From Oscillospiraceae bacterium (GTDB taxonomy: Bacteria > Bacillota > Clostridia > Oscillospirales > Oscillospiraceae), in contig JAFSWC010000066.1 of NCBI GenBank assembly GCA_017444665.1, positions 530-64,529 of the forward strand: DNA of 64,000 bases. Reading direction: 5' to 3'. Each line of letters opens with the position of its first letter. Position 1 is the stretch's first letter. A program made the position numbers and the translations under genes. Of the stretch, positions 43,230 to 53,361 are shown one piece after another. Under the pieces are notes generated by a model. The model saw only the letters and a list, made by a program, of their open reading frames with translations, had not been told where the DNA came from and did no database searches.

Positions 43230-44822
43230 TTAATCTCTGTTGAATTCACGCAGGGAAAGCCCCTCATTCTTCTGCAAAGCCCAGTTTACGCACCATTCCG
43301 AAGTAAACAAAAGCAGATTGTTCCCGCGAAAATCCTGTACCCATTTGGTGTCGCTTGTCAGATTCAGCGAATTGATATCGATGTTCTCGTTGTCGACCCA
43401 GCGCACGACCTCGTACGGCATGGATCTGCGGCGTATATCAACGCCGTATTCCGTTTTCAGACGATATTCCAGCACTTCAAACTGCAGCACGCCGACCACG
43501 CCGACAATGACTTCCTCGACGCCGGTATAGGGCTCGTGGAAGATCTGGATCGCGCCTTCCTGCGCGATCTGCATGATCCCCTTTTCAAACTGCTTTCGCT
43601 TCATGGTATCGACACGCTCAACGCCGGCAAAATGCTCCGGCGCGAAGGTCGGGATTCCCTCAAAGCGCACGTTCATGCCCTTTTCGCAGATCGTGTCGCC
43701 GATGGAAAAGATGCCGGGGTCGAACACGCCGATGATATCGCCGGCAAAGGCCTCGTCGATAACGGCGCGCTCCTGGGCCATCAGCTGCTGCGGCTGTGCC
43801 AGTCTCAGCGCTTTTCCGCCCTGCACGTGGAAATACTCCTTATCCCGTTCAAATCGACCGGAGCAGATGCGCATAAAGGCAATTCTGTCGCGATGCGCTT
43901 TATTCATGTTGGCCTGGATCTTAAAAACGAAGGCGGAAAAACGATCGTCAAACGGATCGATCACGTCGTCCTCCGATACACGCGGCAGCGGCGGCATCGT
44001 CATATGCAGAAAGCTTTCCAGAAACGGCTCCACGCCAAAGTTGTTCAGCGCCGAGCCGAAGAACACGGGGCTGAGTCGTCCGGCGCGGACTTCTTCGATA
44101 TCAAAGTCGTATCCGGCGCCGTCAAGCAGCTCAATATCGTCGGAAAGCGCGCGACGCAGCTTTTCGCCGATCAGCTCGTCCAGCTTATCCGTTTCGTCAA
44201 GCGTGCATTCGATCGCCTTGATCTTGTTCTGTCCCCGGTGGAAATCCGTAAAGGCAAGGATCTGGCGCTTCTCGCGGTCGTATACGCCCTTGAATTCCTG
44301 TCCGCAGCCGATCGGCCAGTTCATCGGATAAGTGCCGATCCCGAACTCGTTCTCCAGTTCTTCCATCAGTTCGTACGGGCTGCGCGCTTCACGGTCAAGC
44401 TTGTTGATGAATGTAAAGATCGGGATATGACGCATCGCACATATCTTAAAGAGCTTTCTCGTCTGCGGCTCGATACCTTTTGCCGCGTCGATCACCATGA
44501 CGGCAGAGTCCGCCGCCATCAGCGTACGATAGGTGTCCTCCGAAAAGTCCTGGTGGCCCGGGGTGTCGAGAATATTAATGCAATATCCTTCGTATTCAAA
44601 CTGCATGACCGAGGACGTGATCGAGATCCCTCTCTGCTTTTCAAGCTCCATCCAGTCCGAAACGGCATGGCGCGCCGTCGCTTTCCCTTTTACCGATCCC
44701 GCAAGCTGGATCGCCCCGCCGTAAAGCAGCAGCTTTTCCGTCAGCGTCGTTTTACCGGCGTCCGGGTGGGAGATGATCGCGAACGTACGTCTCCGGTTGA
44801 TCTGTTCCTGATTCAGTGACAT
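43230..44822 (-). CDS. prfC: peptide chain release factor 3
   Basis: 530 aa. RRTFAIISHPDAGKTTLTEKLL, DTPGHQDF and NKLD. Confidence 0.96.
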   Translation of the reverse strand: MSLNQEQINRRRTFAIISHPDAGKTTLTEKLLLYGGAIQLAGSVKGKATARHAVSDWMELEKQRGISITSSVMQFEYEGYCINILDTPGHQDFSEDTYRTLMAADSAVMVIDAAKGIEPQTRKLFKICAMRHIPIFTFINKLDREARSPYELMEELENEFGIGTYPMNWPIGCGQEFKGVYDREKRQILAFTDFHRGQNKIKAIECTLDETDKLDELIGEKLRRALSDDIELLDGAGYDFDIEEVRAGRLSPVFFGSALNNFGVEPFLESFLHMTMPPLPRVSEDDVIDPFDDRFSAFVFKIQANMNKAHRDRIAFMRICSGRFERDKEYFHVQGGKALRLAQPQQLMAQERAVIDEAFAGDIIGVFDPGIFSIGDTICEKGMNVRFEGIPTFAPEHFAGVERVDTMKRKQFEKGIMQIAQEGAIQIFHEPYTGVEEVIVGVVGVLQFEVLEYRLKTEYGVDIRRRSMPYEVVRWVDNENIDINSLNLTSDTKWVQDFRGNNLLLFTSEWCVNWALQKNEGLSLREFNRD

Positions 44823-44865
44823 GAAAAACTTCCTTTTAGCAAAAATTCTCTAATAATTTATGATA

Positions 44866-45801
44866 TCATATGCCGCCGTCAAAATCAAATCGTTCTCGCA
44901 GCTTTGTGCAGATTCTCTCCACATTTTCATCGGAATACTCGATCTCGGCGCTATACAGGCGGATATGCTCATCCGCTTGAGAAGGATCAGCCGTATCAAG
45001 CGCAGCGATCATGGCCGTTGAAAGGGCGCAGAAAGCAAAGCGCGTTTTGACTTCCGCGCCGTCTTTTGCCGTCAGAAAATGCCGATAGAGAAAACAGGAA
45101 AAGAGCCTTCCGTATCGCGCCATATCAAGACGATCTATCCAGCGCACAGGCAGTTCAAACGCCGTCAGCCGTTCAAGCGCGTCGCCCCAGGCCCGATCCA
45201 TTTGCTCAAGCGAACGGTAAAAAGGGACCCAGCTTTTCGGATCAAACTCCAAGGCGGGCGATTGCATGATCGCACAGCAGTCCATATAACGATCCGAGAA
45301 GGGCTTGCTCTCGTTTGAGAGCGCGGCAAGAAGCTTTTTGCGTATCGCGGCGAGGTATTCCGTCCATTCATCCTCGGCCGCCTGCTCCCCGTCCTGTTCT
45401 TCGATCAGACAAAAGCCTTCCGGCGCAGTTAACAGAAGGCGGACCGCCTCCTCGCAGCAAAGGCCGAGACCGGCTTCCTCTCTTCCGGGATAGCTGTTGA
45501 AAAAACGCGGATGCAGCGCGCAGATATCGCACAGCGCATCCTCGCCGAGCGTCAGGATGACGCGGCACAGATTCTGCTCATTGAGAAAGGGACAACGTCC
45601 GTCCGGCTGCATGCAAAAATATCTTTCTCCCTCGGTTGAAATCTTCTCCCGCAGTTCTTTTCCCAGCGTGCCCTCGACGGACGCATACAGTTCGGCCGTG
45701 TCGTCGTCCACGTCGATTTCCCAGCCGATGCAGCAGTTGTGTCTGCATTCTGAACCGATGCAGGAAAACATGTCATAAAATGACGGTCTTGTGTATCGCA
45801 T
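44866..45801 (-). CDS. Cys-rich FliB-like (flagellin lysine-N-methylase family) protein
   Basis: 311 aa. The N-terminal FSCIGSECRHNCCIGWEIDVD and CPFLNEQNLCRV match the CxxxCxxxCC signature of this family. The call comes from memory of the family motif only. Confidence 0.6.
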   Translation of the reverse strand: MRYTRPSFYDMFSCIGSECRHNCCIGWEIDVDDDTAELYASVEGTLGKELREKISTEGERYFCMQPDGRCPFLNEQNLCRVILTLGEDALCDICALHPRFFNSYPGREEAGLGLCCEEAVRLLLTAPEGFCLIEEQDGEQAAEDEWTEYLAAIRKKLLAALSNESKPFSDRYMDCCAIMQSPALEFDPKSWVPFYRSLEQMDRAWGDALERLTAFELPVRWIDRLDMARYGRLFSCFLYRHFLTAKDGAEVKTRFAFCALSTAMIAALDTADPSQADEHIRLYSAEIEYSDENVERICTKLRERFDFDGGI

Positions 45802-45822
45802 ATCAATCTCCGCATTTCAAAG

Positions 45823-45851
45823 AATATGCCCTGCTCCCGGCAGGGCATATT
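45823..45851 (-). terminator. terminator hairpin after pcrA
   Basis: AATATGCCCTGC / GCAGGGCATATT 12-bp stem. The U-run on the minus strand is weak. Confidence 0.55.
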
Positions 45852-45856
45852 GATCT

Positions 45857-48241
45857 TCATTCATTCGGTACTTTTTTCATGTGTTGTGCCGCCGCACGCA
45901 GCATCAGCTTTTTTGTTCCCGCGCCAAAGGCTACTTCGATCAAATAATCGCCGCCCATCGGCGTCATCTTGATGATATCGCCCTCGCCGAACGCCTTGTG
46001 ACTGACGTGATCGCCGACCTTGAAGACCGGCGCCGCCTTCTCCGCCGTTTTCTGGGGAGCAGGACGAAAGGCATAGGGGTTCGGTTTGTGTGCGGCAGTA
46101 CCGTATCGCGGCGCTTCAAAACCGAGCGCCTCCCGTCGTTCGTGATAATCAAAGCCCTTGGGGATGTTCTTGTTTGCGATCAGCTCCGGCGGGATCTCGT
46201 CAACAAAGCGCGAGACCTTGTTTGTGTTGGTGCGGCCGAAGATCATACGCTGTCTTGCGCAGACAAGATGCAGCTTTTGCTTGGCGCGCGTGATGGCAAC
46301 GTAGCAAAGCCTTCGCTCTTCTTCCATTTCCTCGTCTTCGCCGATGGCGCGAAGCCCGGGGAAAATCGTCTCCTCCAGTCCGACCAGAAAAACCGTTTTG
46401 AATTCCAGACCCTTTGCGCTGTGAATCGTCATCATCACAACGCTGTCGGCGTCTTTATCATAATTGTCAAGATCCGTATACAGCGCAACGTCCGCCAGAA
46501 AACCGGCAAGCGTCTGATCCCCGGACTCCTTCATATACGTGAGGATGCTGGTTTTCAATTCGCGCACGTTTTCGGCTCGCGTCGTGTCTTCGACGGTGTT
46601 TTTCTCCTCCAGCATACGGAGATAGCCGCTCTTCTCCAGCAGCTCGTCGAGCAGCAGATCCGGCGTGTTGTTTTCCGCAAAGGAACGCAGCGCCTTGATC
46701 ATGTTGGTAAACTCGCGCATCCGCAGCGCGCCGCGGCTCAGTTCAGGATAGCTGTCGGCCCGGTCAAGGATGTCAAACAGCGTCGTATTGTTTTCGCGCG
46801 CAAGATCAAGCGCCGTCTCAACGCTTTTGGCGCCGATCCCGCGGGGCGGGTTATTGACGATGCGCGTCAGCCGCAGATCGTCACCCGGAACCGCGATCAC
46901 GCTTAGGTAGGCAAGCATGTCCTTGATTTCGGCGCGGTCAAAAAAGCGTGTTCCGCCGATGATGCGGTACGGGATACCGTTGCGCTTGAAGGCGTACTCA
47001 AGCTGGTTTGACTGGGCGTTCATCCGGTACAGCACCGCGTGATCACGCCAGTTTGCACCGTGACCGTATTCCGCCATGATCTTGGAGGCGACGTACTGCG
47101 CCTCGTCGTTCTCGTTGTCCGCGACATAGAGTTCGATCGGCTCTCCCCTGTCGCTGTTGGTCCAAAGCTCCTTGCCCTTGCGGCCCTTGTTGTTGCGGAT
47201 GACGGCATTGGCCGCATCCAGGATCTGCCCCGTGCTGCGGTAATTCTGCTCCAGACGGATCACACGGCAGTTTTTATACTCATCCTCAAAGGAAAGAATG
47301 TTTTCGATCGTTGCACCGCGGAATTTATAGATGCTCTGGTCGTCATCGCCGACAACGCAGATGTTTCCCCATCCGCCGGAAACAAGCGCGGCAAACTGGT
47401 ACTGCAAATGGTTCGTATCCTGGTATTCGTCTATCAGCACATACTGAAACCTGCGCTGCCAATAGCTGCGCGTCTCTTCATCCTCGCGCAGGAGCTTGAC
47501 CGTGAAAAACAGCAGATCGTCAAAATCCATGGCGCCGGCAGCAAACATGCGGCGCATATATTCGCTGTAGATCTGGCCGATCTTGATGCGCCGGAGATCC
47601 CCGATCGCCTGCGCCTGCTTGAGATACTCTCCGGCCGAGATACCGCCGTCCTTCGCACGGCTGATCTCTCCCAACACGGACTTATAGGCAAAGCTCTTTT
47701 CATCAAGATCCATGTCCTTGATGATTTTCTTGGCAAGGCTTTGGCTGTCCGCCGTGTCATAGATCGTAAAATTGCTCGGAAAGCCGAGCTTTTCCGCATC
47801 TCTGCGCAGCATCCGCACACAGGCCGAGTGGAAGGTGCATGCCCAGATATCTCGCGCATCCTCGCCCAGCATGCGCTCCAGACGGTCCTTCAGCTCACCC
47901 GCAGCCTTGTTGGTAAAGGTGATGGCCAAAATCCGCCACGGGGCGACAGGATCAAGCGCGGCAAGCTTTTTTGCCTCTTCCCCGCCCTGAAGGAGCGTCT
48001 GCAGCATTTCCTCGTCTGCGCCTTCGGGCAGTCTGTCGCTGTCGGATGCGCAGCCAAATTTAAGCAGATTGGCGATGCGGTTGATCAGAACCGTCGTCTT
48101 GCCGCTGCCGGCGCCCGCAAGAATCAAAAGCGGCCCCTCCGTCGCTAAAACGGCCTCGCACTGTTTGTTATTCAGTTTTTCAAATTCCGAGCGCACAATG
48201 TTTTTGCGTGCATCGACAAATCTCTTATTAAAGTCGTCCAT
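45857..48241 (-). CDS. pcrA: ATP-dependent DNA helicase PcrA/UvrD
   Basis: Start set at ATG 48241 (MDDFNKRF). Motifs AGAGSGKTTVL, DEYQDTN, VGDDDQSIYKFRGA and the C-terminal Tudor-like HKAFGEGDI. Confidence 0.95.
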   Translation of the reverse strand: MDDFNKRFVDARKNIVRSEFEKLNNKQCEAVLATEGPLLILAGAGSGKTTVLINRIANLLKFGCASDSDRLPEGADEEMLQTLLQGGEEAKKLAALDPVAPWRILAITFTNKAAGELKDRLERMLGEDARDIWACTFHSACVRMLRRDAEKLGFPSNFTIYDTADSQSLAKKIIKDMDLDEKSFAYKSVLGEISRAKDGGISAGEYLKQAQAIGDLRRIKIGQIYSEYMRRMFAAGAMDFDDLLFFTVKLLREDEETRSYWQRRFQYVLIDEYQDTNHLQYQFAALVSGGWGNICVVGDDDQSIYKFRGATIENILSFEDEYKNCRVIRLEQNYRSTGQILDAANAVIRNNKGRKGKELWTNSDRGEPIELYVADNENDEAQYVASKIMAEYGHGANWRDHAVLYRMNAQSNQLEYAFKRNGIPYRIIGGTRFFDRAEIKDMLAYLSVIAVPGDDLRLTRIVNNPPRGIGAKSVETALDLARENNTTLFDILDRADSYPELSRGALRMREFTNMIKALRSFAENNTPDLLLDELLEKSGYLRMLEEKNTVEDTTRAENVRELKTSILTYMKESGDQTLAGFLADVALYTDLDNYDKDADSVVMMTIHSAKGLEFKTVFLVGLEETIFPGLRAIGEDEEMEEERRLCYVAITRAKQKLHLVCARQRMIFGRTNTNKVSRFVDEIPPELIANKNIPKGFDYHERREALGFEAPRYGTAAHKPNPYAFRPAPQKTAEKAAPVFKVGDHVSHKAFGEGDIIKMTPMGGDYLIEVAFGAGTKKLMLRAAAQHMKKVPNE

Positions 48242-48269
48242 GTCAGCGATTCTAACACAAACAGCTATG

Positions 48270-48317
48270 ATAAACAAGCACAAAAACAGCGTCGGGAGAG
48301 CTTCTTCTCCCGACGCT
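48270..48317 (-). terminator. rho-independent terminator after sigF
   Basis: AGCGTCGGGAGA / TCTCCCGACGCT stem (48288-48317) starting at the sigF stop, followed on the minus strand by GTTTTTGTGCTTGTTT. Confidence 0.8.
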
Positions 48318-49036
48318 TAACCTTCTGTTTCCTCCAAAAGCAGCCGCAAGGCGTCGATCGCCCGCCGCTCCAGTCTGGAGATCTGCACCTGCGAAACGTG
48401 AAGCACCCGCGCGCAGTTCTGCTGCGTCATGCCGTGGAAAAACCGCAGTGCAATCACCTGCCGTTCCCGTTCCGGCAATTTATCGATCGCGCTTTTCACC
48501 GCTACCCTTTCCAGCATTTTTTCTTCTGCGCCGTAGTCGCCAAGTACAAGTTCCAGCGAAAAGCCGTCTTCACCGCTCTCCTTCTGCAGGCTTTCCGCGG
48601 GGCCTGTCGCCGTTTCCGCATAGACGATCTCTTCGGCGCTGATTCCTGTCTCCCATTCAAGCTCAGAAAGCGTCGGCTCCCGACCGATGCGCTGTTCAAG
48701 CATACTGCGTGCCGAGCGGATCTGCGCGGCCTGTTCCTTCACGCCGCGGCTTACCTTTACCGCTCCGTCATCCCGCAAAAAGCGGCGTATTTCACCGGAT
48801 ATCTTCGGCACCGCATAGGTCGAAAATCGGGTGCCGAAGCCTTCGTCAAACCCGTCGATAGCTTTGAGCAAGCCCATACATCCCAGCTGATATAGATCGT
48901 CCGCGTCTACGCCGCGTCCCAAAAAGCGTCTGACAACGCTCCAGATCAGCCCGGCGTTTTCTTCTACGATTTTTTCCGCTTTTTTCCTGTCGCCGCTCTG
49001 TGCCAGCTTGATATCGTTGAAGATCCCGTCGTTCAT
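48317..49036 (-). CDS. sigF: sporulation sigma factor SigF
   Basis: 239 aa with sigma-70 regions 2-4. It is the third gene after spoIIAA and spoIIAB, with a 4-nt overlap with spoIIAB. Confidence 0.9.
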   Translation of the reverse strand: MNDGIFNDIKLAQSGDRKKAEKIVEENAGLIWSVVRRFLGRGVDADDLYQLGCMGLLKAIDGFDEGFGTRFSTYAVPKISGEIRRFLRDDGAVKVSRGVKEQAAQIRSARSMLEQRIGREPTLSELEWETGISAEEIVYAETATGPAESLQKESGEDGFSLELVLGDYGAEEKMLERVAVKSAIDKLPERERQVIALRFFHGMTQQNCARVLHVSQVQISRLERRAIDALRLLLEETEG

Positions 49037-49473
49037 CGTTTTCCGACGCGCAGCCGGATCGCGCGCTGCATTACGATCGTAGTCCCTTTTCCCGGCGCGG
49101 AGCGGACGCGCAGCTTGTCCATAAAGCTTTCCATGATCGTAAAGCCCATGCCGCTTCGCTCGCTTCCTCCCGTTGTAAAAAGCGGTTTCCGTGCTTCTTC
49201 CACATTTTCGATCCCTTTCCCGAAATCCTTGATCATGATCTCCAGCGTATTCCCGCCCAGGATGCGCAGTCGCATCACGATTCGGCCGATCTCCTCCGGA
49301 TAAGCATGTACGATCGCGTTTGTGACTGCCTCAGACACTGCTGTTTTGACGTCGCCAAGCTCCTCGAGCGTTGGATCAAGCTGCGCGGCAAAGGCCGCCG
49401 CCGCGCTTCGTGCGAAAAATTCATTGCTGCTTTTGCTGGGAAATTCCAGCTTTATGTAGTTCTGCTCTTTCAT
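49033..49473 (-). CDS. spoIIAB: anti-sigma F factor (serine kinase) SpoIIAB
   Basis: Start set at ATG 49473 (MKEQNYIKLEF). HATPase_c motifs EAVTNAIVHAY, DFGKGI and GMGFTIM. Confidence 0.9.
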   Translation of the reverse strand: MKEQNYIKLEFPSKSSNEFFARSAAAAFAAQLDPTLEELGDVKTAVSEAVTNAIVHAYPEEIGRIVMRLRILGGNTLEIMIKDFGKGIENVEEARKPLFTTGGSERSGMGFTIMESFMDKLRVRSAPGKGTTIVMQRAIRLRVGKR

Positions 49474-49486
49474 GGCTCTTCCCTTC

Positions 49487-49801
49487 TCAACTGTGGGTCG
49501 CAACGGCGATCAGCCGTTCGATCCCGGATGTTTCCAAAACTTTTCTTGCCTGCTCCTGTGGGTTTTCCACATAAACTCTCCCGCCGAGCGTTCTCATTTT
49601 TCTGCCGGCGCTGATGATAACCGCGATCCCGGACGAATCCATAAAGCGAAGACCGGAGAGATCGATCGCGCATTCGCGCGGCATATTGTCGTCGATCAAT
49701 TCGCCGATCGTCCGAATCACGCCGCCTGCCTCATGATGATCAAGTTCTCCCGAGAGATAGACCGTTAATCTTCCGGATGCAAAGGACGCTGCGTATTTCA
49801 T
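49487..49801 (-). CDS. spoIIAA: anti-sigma F factor antagonist SpoIIAA (STAS domain)
   Basis: Start set at ATG 49801 (GGAGTGG upstream). STAS motif: DLSGLRFMDSSGIAVI, with the phosphorylatable Ser. Confidence 0.88.
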   Translation of the reverse strand: MKYAASFASGRLTVYLSGELDHHEAGGVIRTIGELIDDNMPRECAIDLSGLRFMDSSGIAVIISAGRKMRTLGGRVYVENPQEQARKVLETSGIERLIAVATHS

Positions 49802-49810
49802 ATGTATCCA

Positions 49811-49852
49811 CTCCAAAACAAAAATGGCACCGCACTTTCGTGCGATGCCATT
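49811..49852 (-). terminator. terminator after valS, immediately upstream of the spoIIAA SD
   Basis: The minus strand reads AATGGCATCGCAC GAAA GTGCGGTGCCATT (one mismatch) followed by TTTTGTTTT. Confidence 0.7.
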
Positions 49853-49903
49853 ATATGCGTTTTCGGCGGCGGCTTTTGTCGCAAACCGTCGTCTGTGTTT
49901 ATT

Positions 49904-52528
49904 TTACAGTTCAAGCCCTTCGATCGACGCCTTCAGGTTTTCGATCAGCGCTTCGAGCTTCGCTTTCTTCTCGCGTTCGGCGTTGACAACGTTTTCCGGC
50001 GCTCTTGAAACGAAATTCTTGTTTGAAAGCTTGGCGATCTGCCCGGCCAGCTGTTTTTCGGCGTTGGCAAGCTCTTTTTCCATTCTTGCCTTTTCTTTTT
50101 CCATGTCGACAAGTTCCGCCATCGGCATGAACATGCGCGCGTTGTCCGTCACGACGGAAACCATGCCGTCCGTCTTCTCGGGCGGGGCCGTCAGGACGGA
50201 AACCTCGCTTGCGTAGGCCAGCTTGCAGATATAGCTGATACCGGCCTCAAAAGCGGCCGTACGCTCGGTTGCGATGATCAGATGCGCTTTTTTCGAAGGC
50301 GGGACGTTCATCTCGCTGCGTCTGGCACGGACGGCCTTGATCGCCGTCATGACCATCTCAAAATTCTGCTCATCCACAGGGAAGTCAAGCTCGGCGCTGA
50401 ATTCGGGATAACGCTGGGTCATCAGCGCCTCCCCTTCGTGCGGCAGCGCCTGCCAGATCTCCTCGGTGATAAAGGGCATAAACGGGTGCAGCAGCTTCAA
50501 AATCTCGGTCAGAACATACAGCAGCACCTTCTGCGCGGCTATCTTGCTCTCCTCGTCGTCGCCGTTGAGGCGCGGTTTGGTCAGCTCGATATACCAGTCG
50601 CAGTAGCTGTCCCAGATAAAATCGTAGATCTTGCCTGCCGCCACGCCGAGCTCAAAGCTGTCCATGTTGTCGCAAACCTCGCGGACGACGTCGTTGAGCT
50701 TGGACAGGATCCATTTATCTTCGATCTCCAGTTTCTCGGGCAGCTCGTTTTTGTCGATCGTGAGATTCATCATCACGAAGCGGGATGCGTTCCAGATCTT
50801 GTTGCAGAAGTTGCGCATGGCCTCGCACTTTTCGACGTAAAAGCGCATGTCGTTGCCGGGCGAGTTGCCGGTGATCAGATTGAAGCGCAGCGCGTCCGCG
50901 CCGTACTTTTCGACCATATCAAGCGGATCGATGCCGTTGCCGAGCGACTTGGACATCTTGCGCCCCTGACTGTCGCGCACAAGGCCGTGGATAAACACTG
51001 TATGGAACGGGATCTCGTCCATCTGCTCCATGGCGGAGAAAATCATGCGGGCGACCCAGAAAAAGATGATGTCATAGCCGGTGACCATCACAGTAGTCGG
51101 ATACCAGTAACCGAGCTCCGCCGTCTTTTCCGGCCATCCCATCGTGGAGAAGGGCCAGAGCGCAGAGGAAAACCAGGTGTCCAGCACATCCTCGTCGCGG
51201 CGGATATGCTTGCTGTGGCAATGCACGCACTCAGTCGGATCCTCGCGGGAGACTGTGATCTCGCCGCAGTCGTCGCAATACCAGGCCGGGATCTGATGGC
51301 CCCACCAGAGCTGACGGGAGATGCACCAGTCATGGACGTTTTCCATCCAGTTGAGATAGGTCTTCGAAAAGCGGTCCGGCACAAACTTGATCCGGCCGTC
51401 CTTTACGACTTCGATCGCCTTTTTGGCAAGCGGCGCCATTTTGACAAACCACTGCGGGCTTGTCAGCGGCTCGACTACGGTGCCGCAGCGATAGCAGCAG
51501 CCGACGTTGTGGCTGTACGGCTCCACCTTGACAAGATAGCCCTTCTCCTCCAGATCCGCCACGATCGCCTTGCGGCATTCATAGCGGTCCATGCCGTTGT
51601 ACTTGCCGCCGTTGATGATCTTCGCATCCTCATCGATGCACTGGATTTGCTCGAGATTGTGGCGCAGACCGACTTCATAGTCGTTCGGGTCATGGCAGGG
51701 CGTCATTTTGACAGCGCCGGTGCCGAAGCCGAGTTCAACGTAATCGTCGGCCACGATCGGCAGCTTTCTGCCTACCAGCGGAAGGATCGCGTTCTTGCCG
51801 ACAAGGTGCTTATAGCGCTCGTCGTCGGGATGGACTGCAACGCCGCTGTCGCCGAGCATCGTCTCCGGCCGCGTGGTCGCAATGATGAATTCCTCGTCGG
51901 AATCCTCGATCGGATAGCGGATATGCCAGAAGTTGCCGGGGATATCCTTATATTCCACCTCGGCGTCGGAAAGCGCCGTGCGGCAGTGAGGACACCAGTT
52001 GATGATGCGGCTCCCCTTGTAGATCAGGCCCTTGTCATACAGCTCGCAGAAGGTCTCGCGCACGGCCTTGGCACAGGTCTCGTCCATCGTAAAGCGGCTG
52101 CGGTCCCAGTCGCAGGAAACGCCCATGCTCTTCTGCTGCTCGACGATACGGTCGCCGTACTGACGCTTCCAGTCCCACACGCGTTCAAGGAACTTGTCGC
52201 GTCCGAGGTCATAGCGGGTCTTTCCCTCTTCCTTGCGCAGCACTTCCTCGACCTTGATCTGCGTGGCAATGCCGGCGTGGTCGACGCCGGGGAGCCAAAG
52301 AGCGGAGTAGCCCTGCATGCGCTTGTATCGCGTCAGGATATCCTGCAGCGTCGCGTCCAGCGCATGACCCATATGGAGCTGCCCCGTAACGTTGGGAGGC
52401 GGCATGACAATGGAGAACGGCTTCTTGTCGGGGTCGATTTCGCCCTTAAAGTATCCGCCCTTCATCCAAAGATCATAGATCTTGCTTTCGACCGCTTTCG
52501 GGTCGTAGGTTTTCGGCAGCTCTCTCAT
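49904..52528 (-). CDS. valS: valine--tRNA ligase
   Basis: 874 aa. HIGH motif [15 protein letters not shown], the KMSKS motif, the CP1 editing domain and a C-terminal coiled coil. Confidence 0.98.
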   Translation of the reverse strand: MRELPKTYDPKAVESKIYDLWMKGGYFKGEIDPDKKPFSIVMPPPNVTGQLHMGHALDATLQDILTRYKRMQGYSALWLPGVDHAGIATQIKVEEVLRKEEGKTRYDLGRDKFLERVWDWKRQYGDRIVEQQKSMGVSCDWDRSRFTMDETCAKAVRETFCELYDKGLIYKGSRIINWCPHCRTALSDAEVEYKDIPGNFWHIRYPIEDSDEEFIIATTRPETMLGDSGVAVHPDDERYKHLVGKNAILPLVGRKLPIVADDYVELGFGTGAVKMTPCHDPNDYEVGLRHNLEQIQCIDEDAKIINGGKYNGMDRYECRKAIVADLEEKGYLVKVEPYSHNVGCCYRCGTVVEPLTSPQWFVKMAPLAKKAIEVVKDGRIKFVPDRFSKTYLNWMENVHDWCISRQLWWGHQIPAWYCDDCGEITVSREDPTECVHCHSKHIRRDEDVLDTWFSSALWPFSTMGWPEKTAELGYWYPTTVMVTGYDIIFFWVARMIFSAMEQMDEIPFHTVFIHGLVRDSQGRKMSKSLGNGIDPLDMVEKYGADALRFNLITGNSPGNDMRFYVEKCEAMRNFCNKIWNASRFVMMNLTIDKNELPEKLEIEDKWILSKLNDVVREVCDNMDSFELGVAAGKIYDFIWDSYCDWYIELTKPRLNGDDEESKIAAQKVLLYVLTEILKLLHPFMPFITEEIWQALPHEGEALMTQRYPEFSAELDFPVDEQNFEMVMTAIKAVRARRSEMNVPPSKKAHLIIATERTAAFEAGISYICKLAYASEVSVLTAPPEKTDGMVSVVTDNARMFMPMAELVDMEKEKARMEKELANAEKQLAGQIAKLSNKNFVSRAPENVVNAEREKKAKLEALIENLKASIEGLEL

Positions 52529-52555
52529 GATGGATTCTCCTTCTTGTCTCAGTTC

Positions 52556-53071
52556 TTATTTGATCTCTTTGATTTCCATCCCCGTTTTCCCGGAAAGGAA
52601 GGCGCCGAACGACGCCGCGTCACCATTCGTGAGGCAGTGTCCCGGCAAAAGTACAGCGTGATTTTTGTCGACGTACAGATACCATGCGTCGCGGTAATGA
52701 CAGATCTCGCGGATCGCATCGTATTGCATCCGCGTTTCCGCCTTGTCCGCCTTCTCTGTGATGCCGTCGTCCTCGAAGCAAATTACGTTCTGGCCGAAGG
52801 GATAAATGTGCTTATAATTCAAGCCGACCGTCAATCTGTTTATCAAAAACCAGAAAACGAGCGCCGCGGCAAACAAAAGGTAAGAACGGATCAGGGAGGT
52901 CGTCCACAAGCCCTCGACACAAAACAAAACCGCCATCACCGAAAGCGCGGCGATAATAACACCCAACAAAATGTTCAGGATCGTGTAAAGCAACTTGTAG
53001 CGCAGCTTTTTATGGAGCTTGATAAACTGCAAATAGTCCTGCTTCGTAATGCCAAGCGTAAAGACGAACAT
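52556..53071 (-). CDS. YcxB-like membrane protein
   Basis: Start set at ATG 53071 (GGAGGA 6 nt upstream); the track start at 53086 is a TTG inside the SD. Two TM helices followed by a small soluble domain. Lies between the T-box leader and valS, with a 27-nt gap to valS. Confidence 0.7.
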   Translation of the reverse strand: MFVFTLGITKQDYLQFIKLHKKLRYKLLYTILNILLGVIIAALSVMAVLFCVEGLWTTSLIRSYLLFAAALVFWFLINRLTVGLNYKHIYPFGQNVICFEDDGITEKADKAETRMQYDAIREICHYRDAWYLYVDKNHAVLLPGHCLTNGDAASFGAFLSGKTGMEIKEIK

Positions 53072-53086
53072 AAATGCATCCTCCAA

Positions 53087-53326
53087 AAAGAAAACGCCCC
53101 GAGATCATAAGATCTCAGGGCGATAAATTACCGCGGTACCACCTGAATTCCGCTTATGAAAAGCGGCGCTCTTCGCTCCTGTAACGGGGAGAACCGCCTG
53201 CCGCTGACAGTACTTCACGGCAGATGCTCCGGGCCGACCTTCCGCATGCCTTTGCAGAAACTTTCACCATCCGTTTCCTCTCTGTGGCATAAGGGAAATG
53301 CGTACTCCTGCCCTTCCTCGCAGTTA
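53087..53326 (-). promoter_or_regulatory. T-box riboswitch leader (Val)
   Basis: The minus strand shows AGTA, AGAGAG, GGTGAAAG, and the T-box AATTCAGGTGGTACCGCGG. The terminator is CGCCCTGAGATC TTAT GATCTCGGGGCG plus TTTTCTTTTT. The candidate specifier is GAA-G-GUC (GTC at 53238-53236), a Val codon. Confidence 0.88.
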
Positions 53327-53332
53327 TTGGGA

Positions 53333-53361
53333 ATTATAGAATAACTTGGTTCGTTTGTCAA
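53333..53361 (-). promoter_or_regulatory. consensus sigma-A promoter of the Val T-box leader
   Basis: TTGACA (53361-53356), which contains the TGA stop of trxA, then a 17-nt spacer and TATAAT (53338-53333). Confidence 0.65.

Noticed and set aside
42978-44819. 613-aa ORF opposite prfC and the cyclodeaminase-like gene
   Set aside because: An antisense shadow in the same triplet phase as both sense genes. PrfC GTPase motifs are clear on the minus strand.
50282-53110. 942-aa ORF on the plus strand opposite valS, the ycxB-like gene and the T-box
   Set aside because: This is a codon-aligned antisense shadow of valS. It has no recognisable motifs or SD, and it runs straight through a T-box leader and a terminator. 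ValRS on the minus strand is unambiguous (HIGH and KMSKS motifs).
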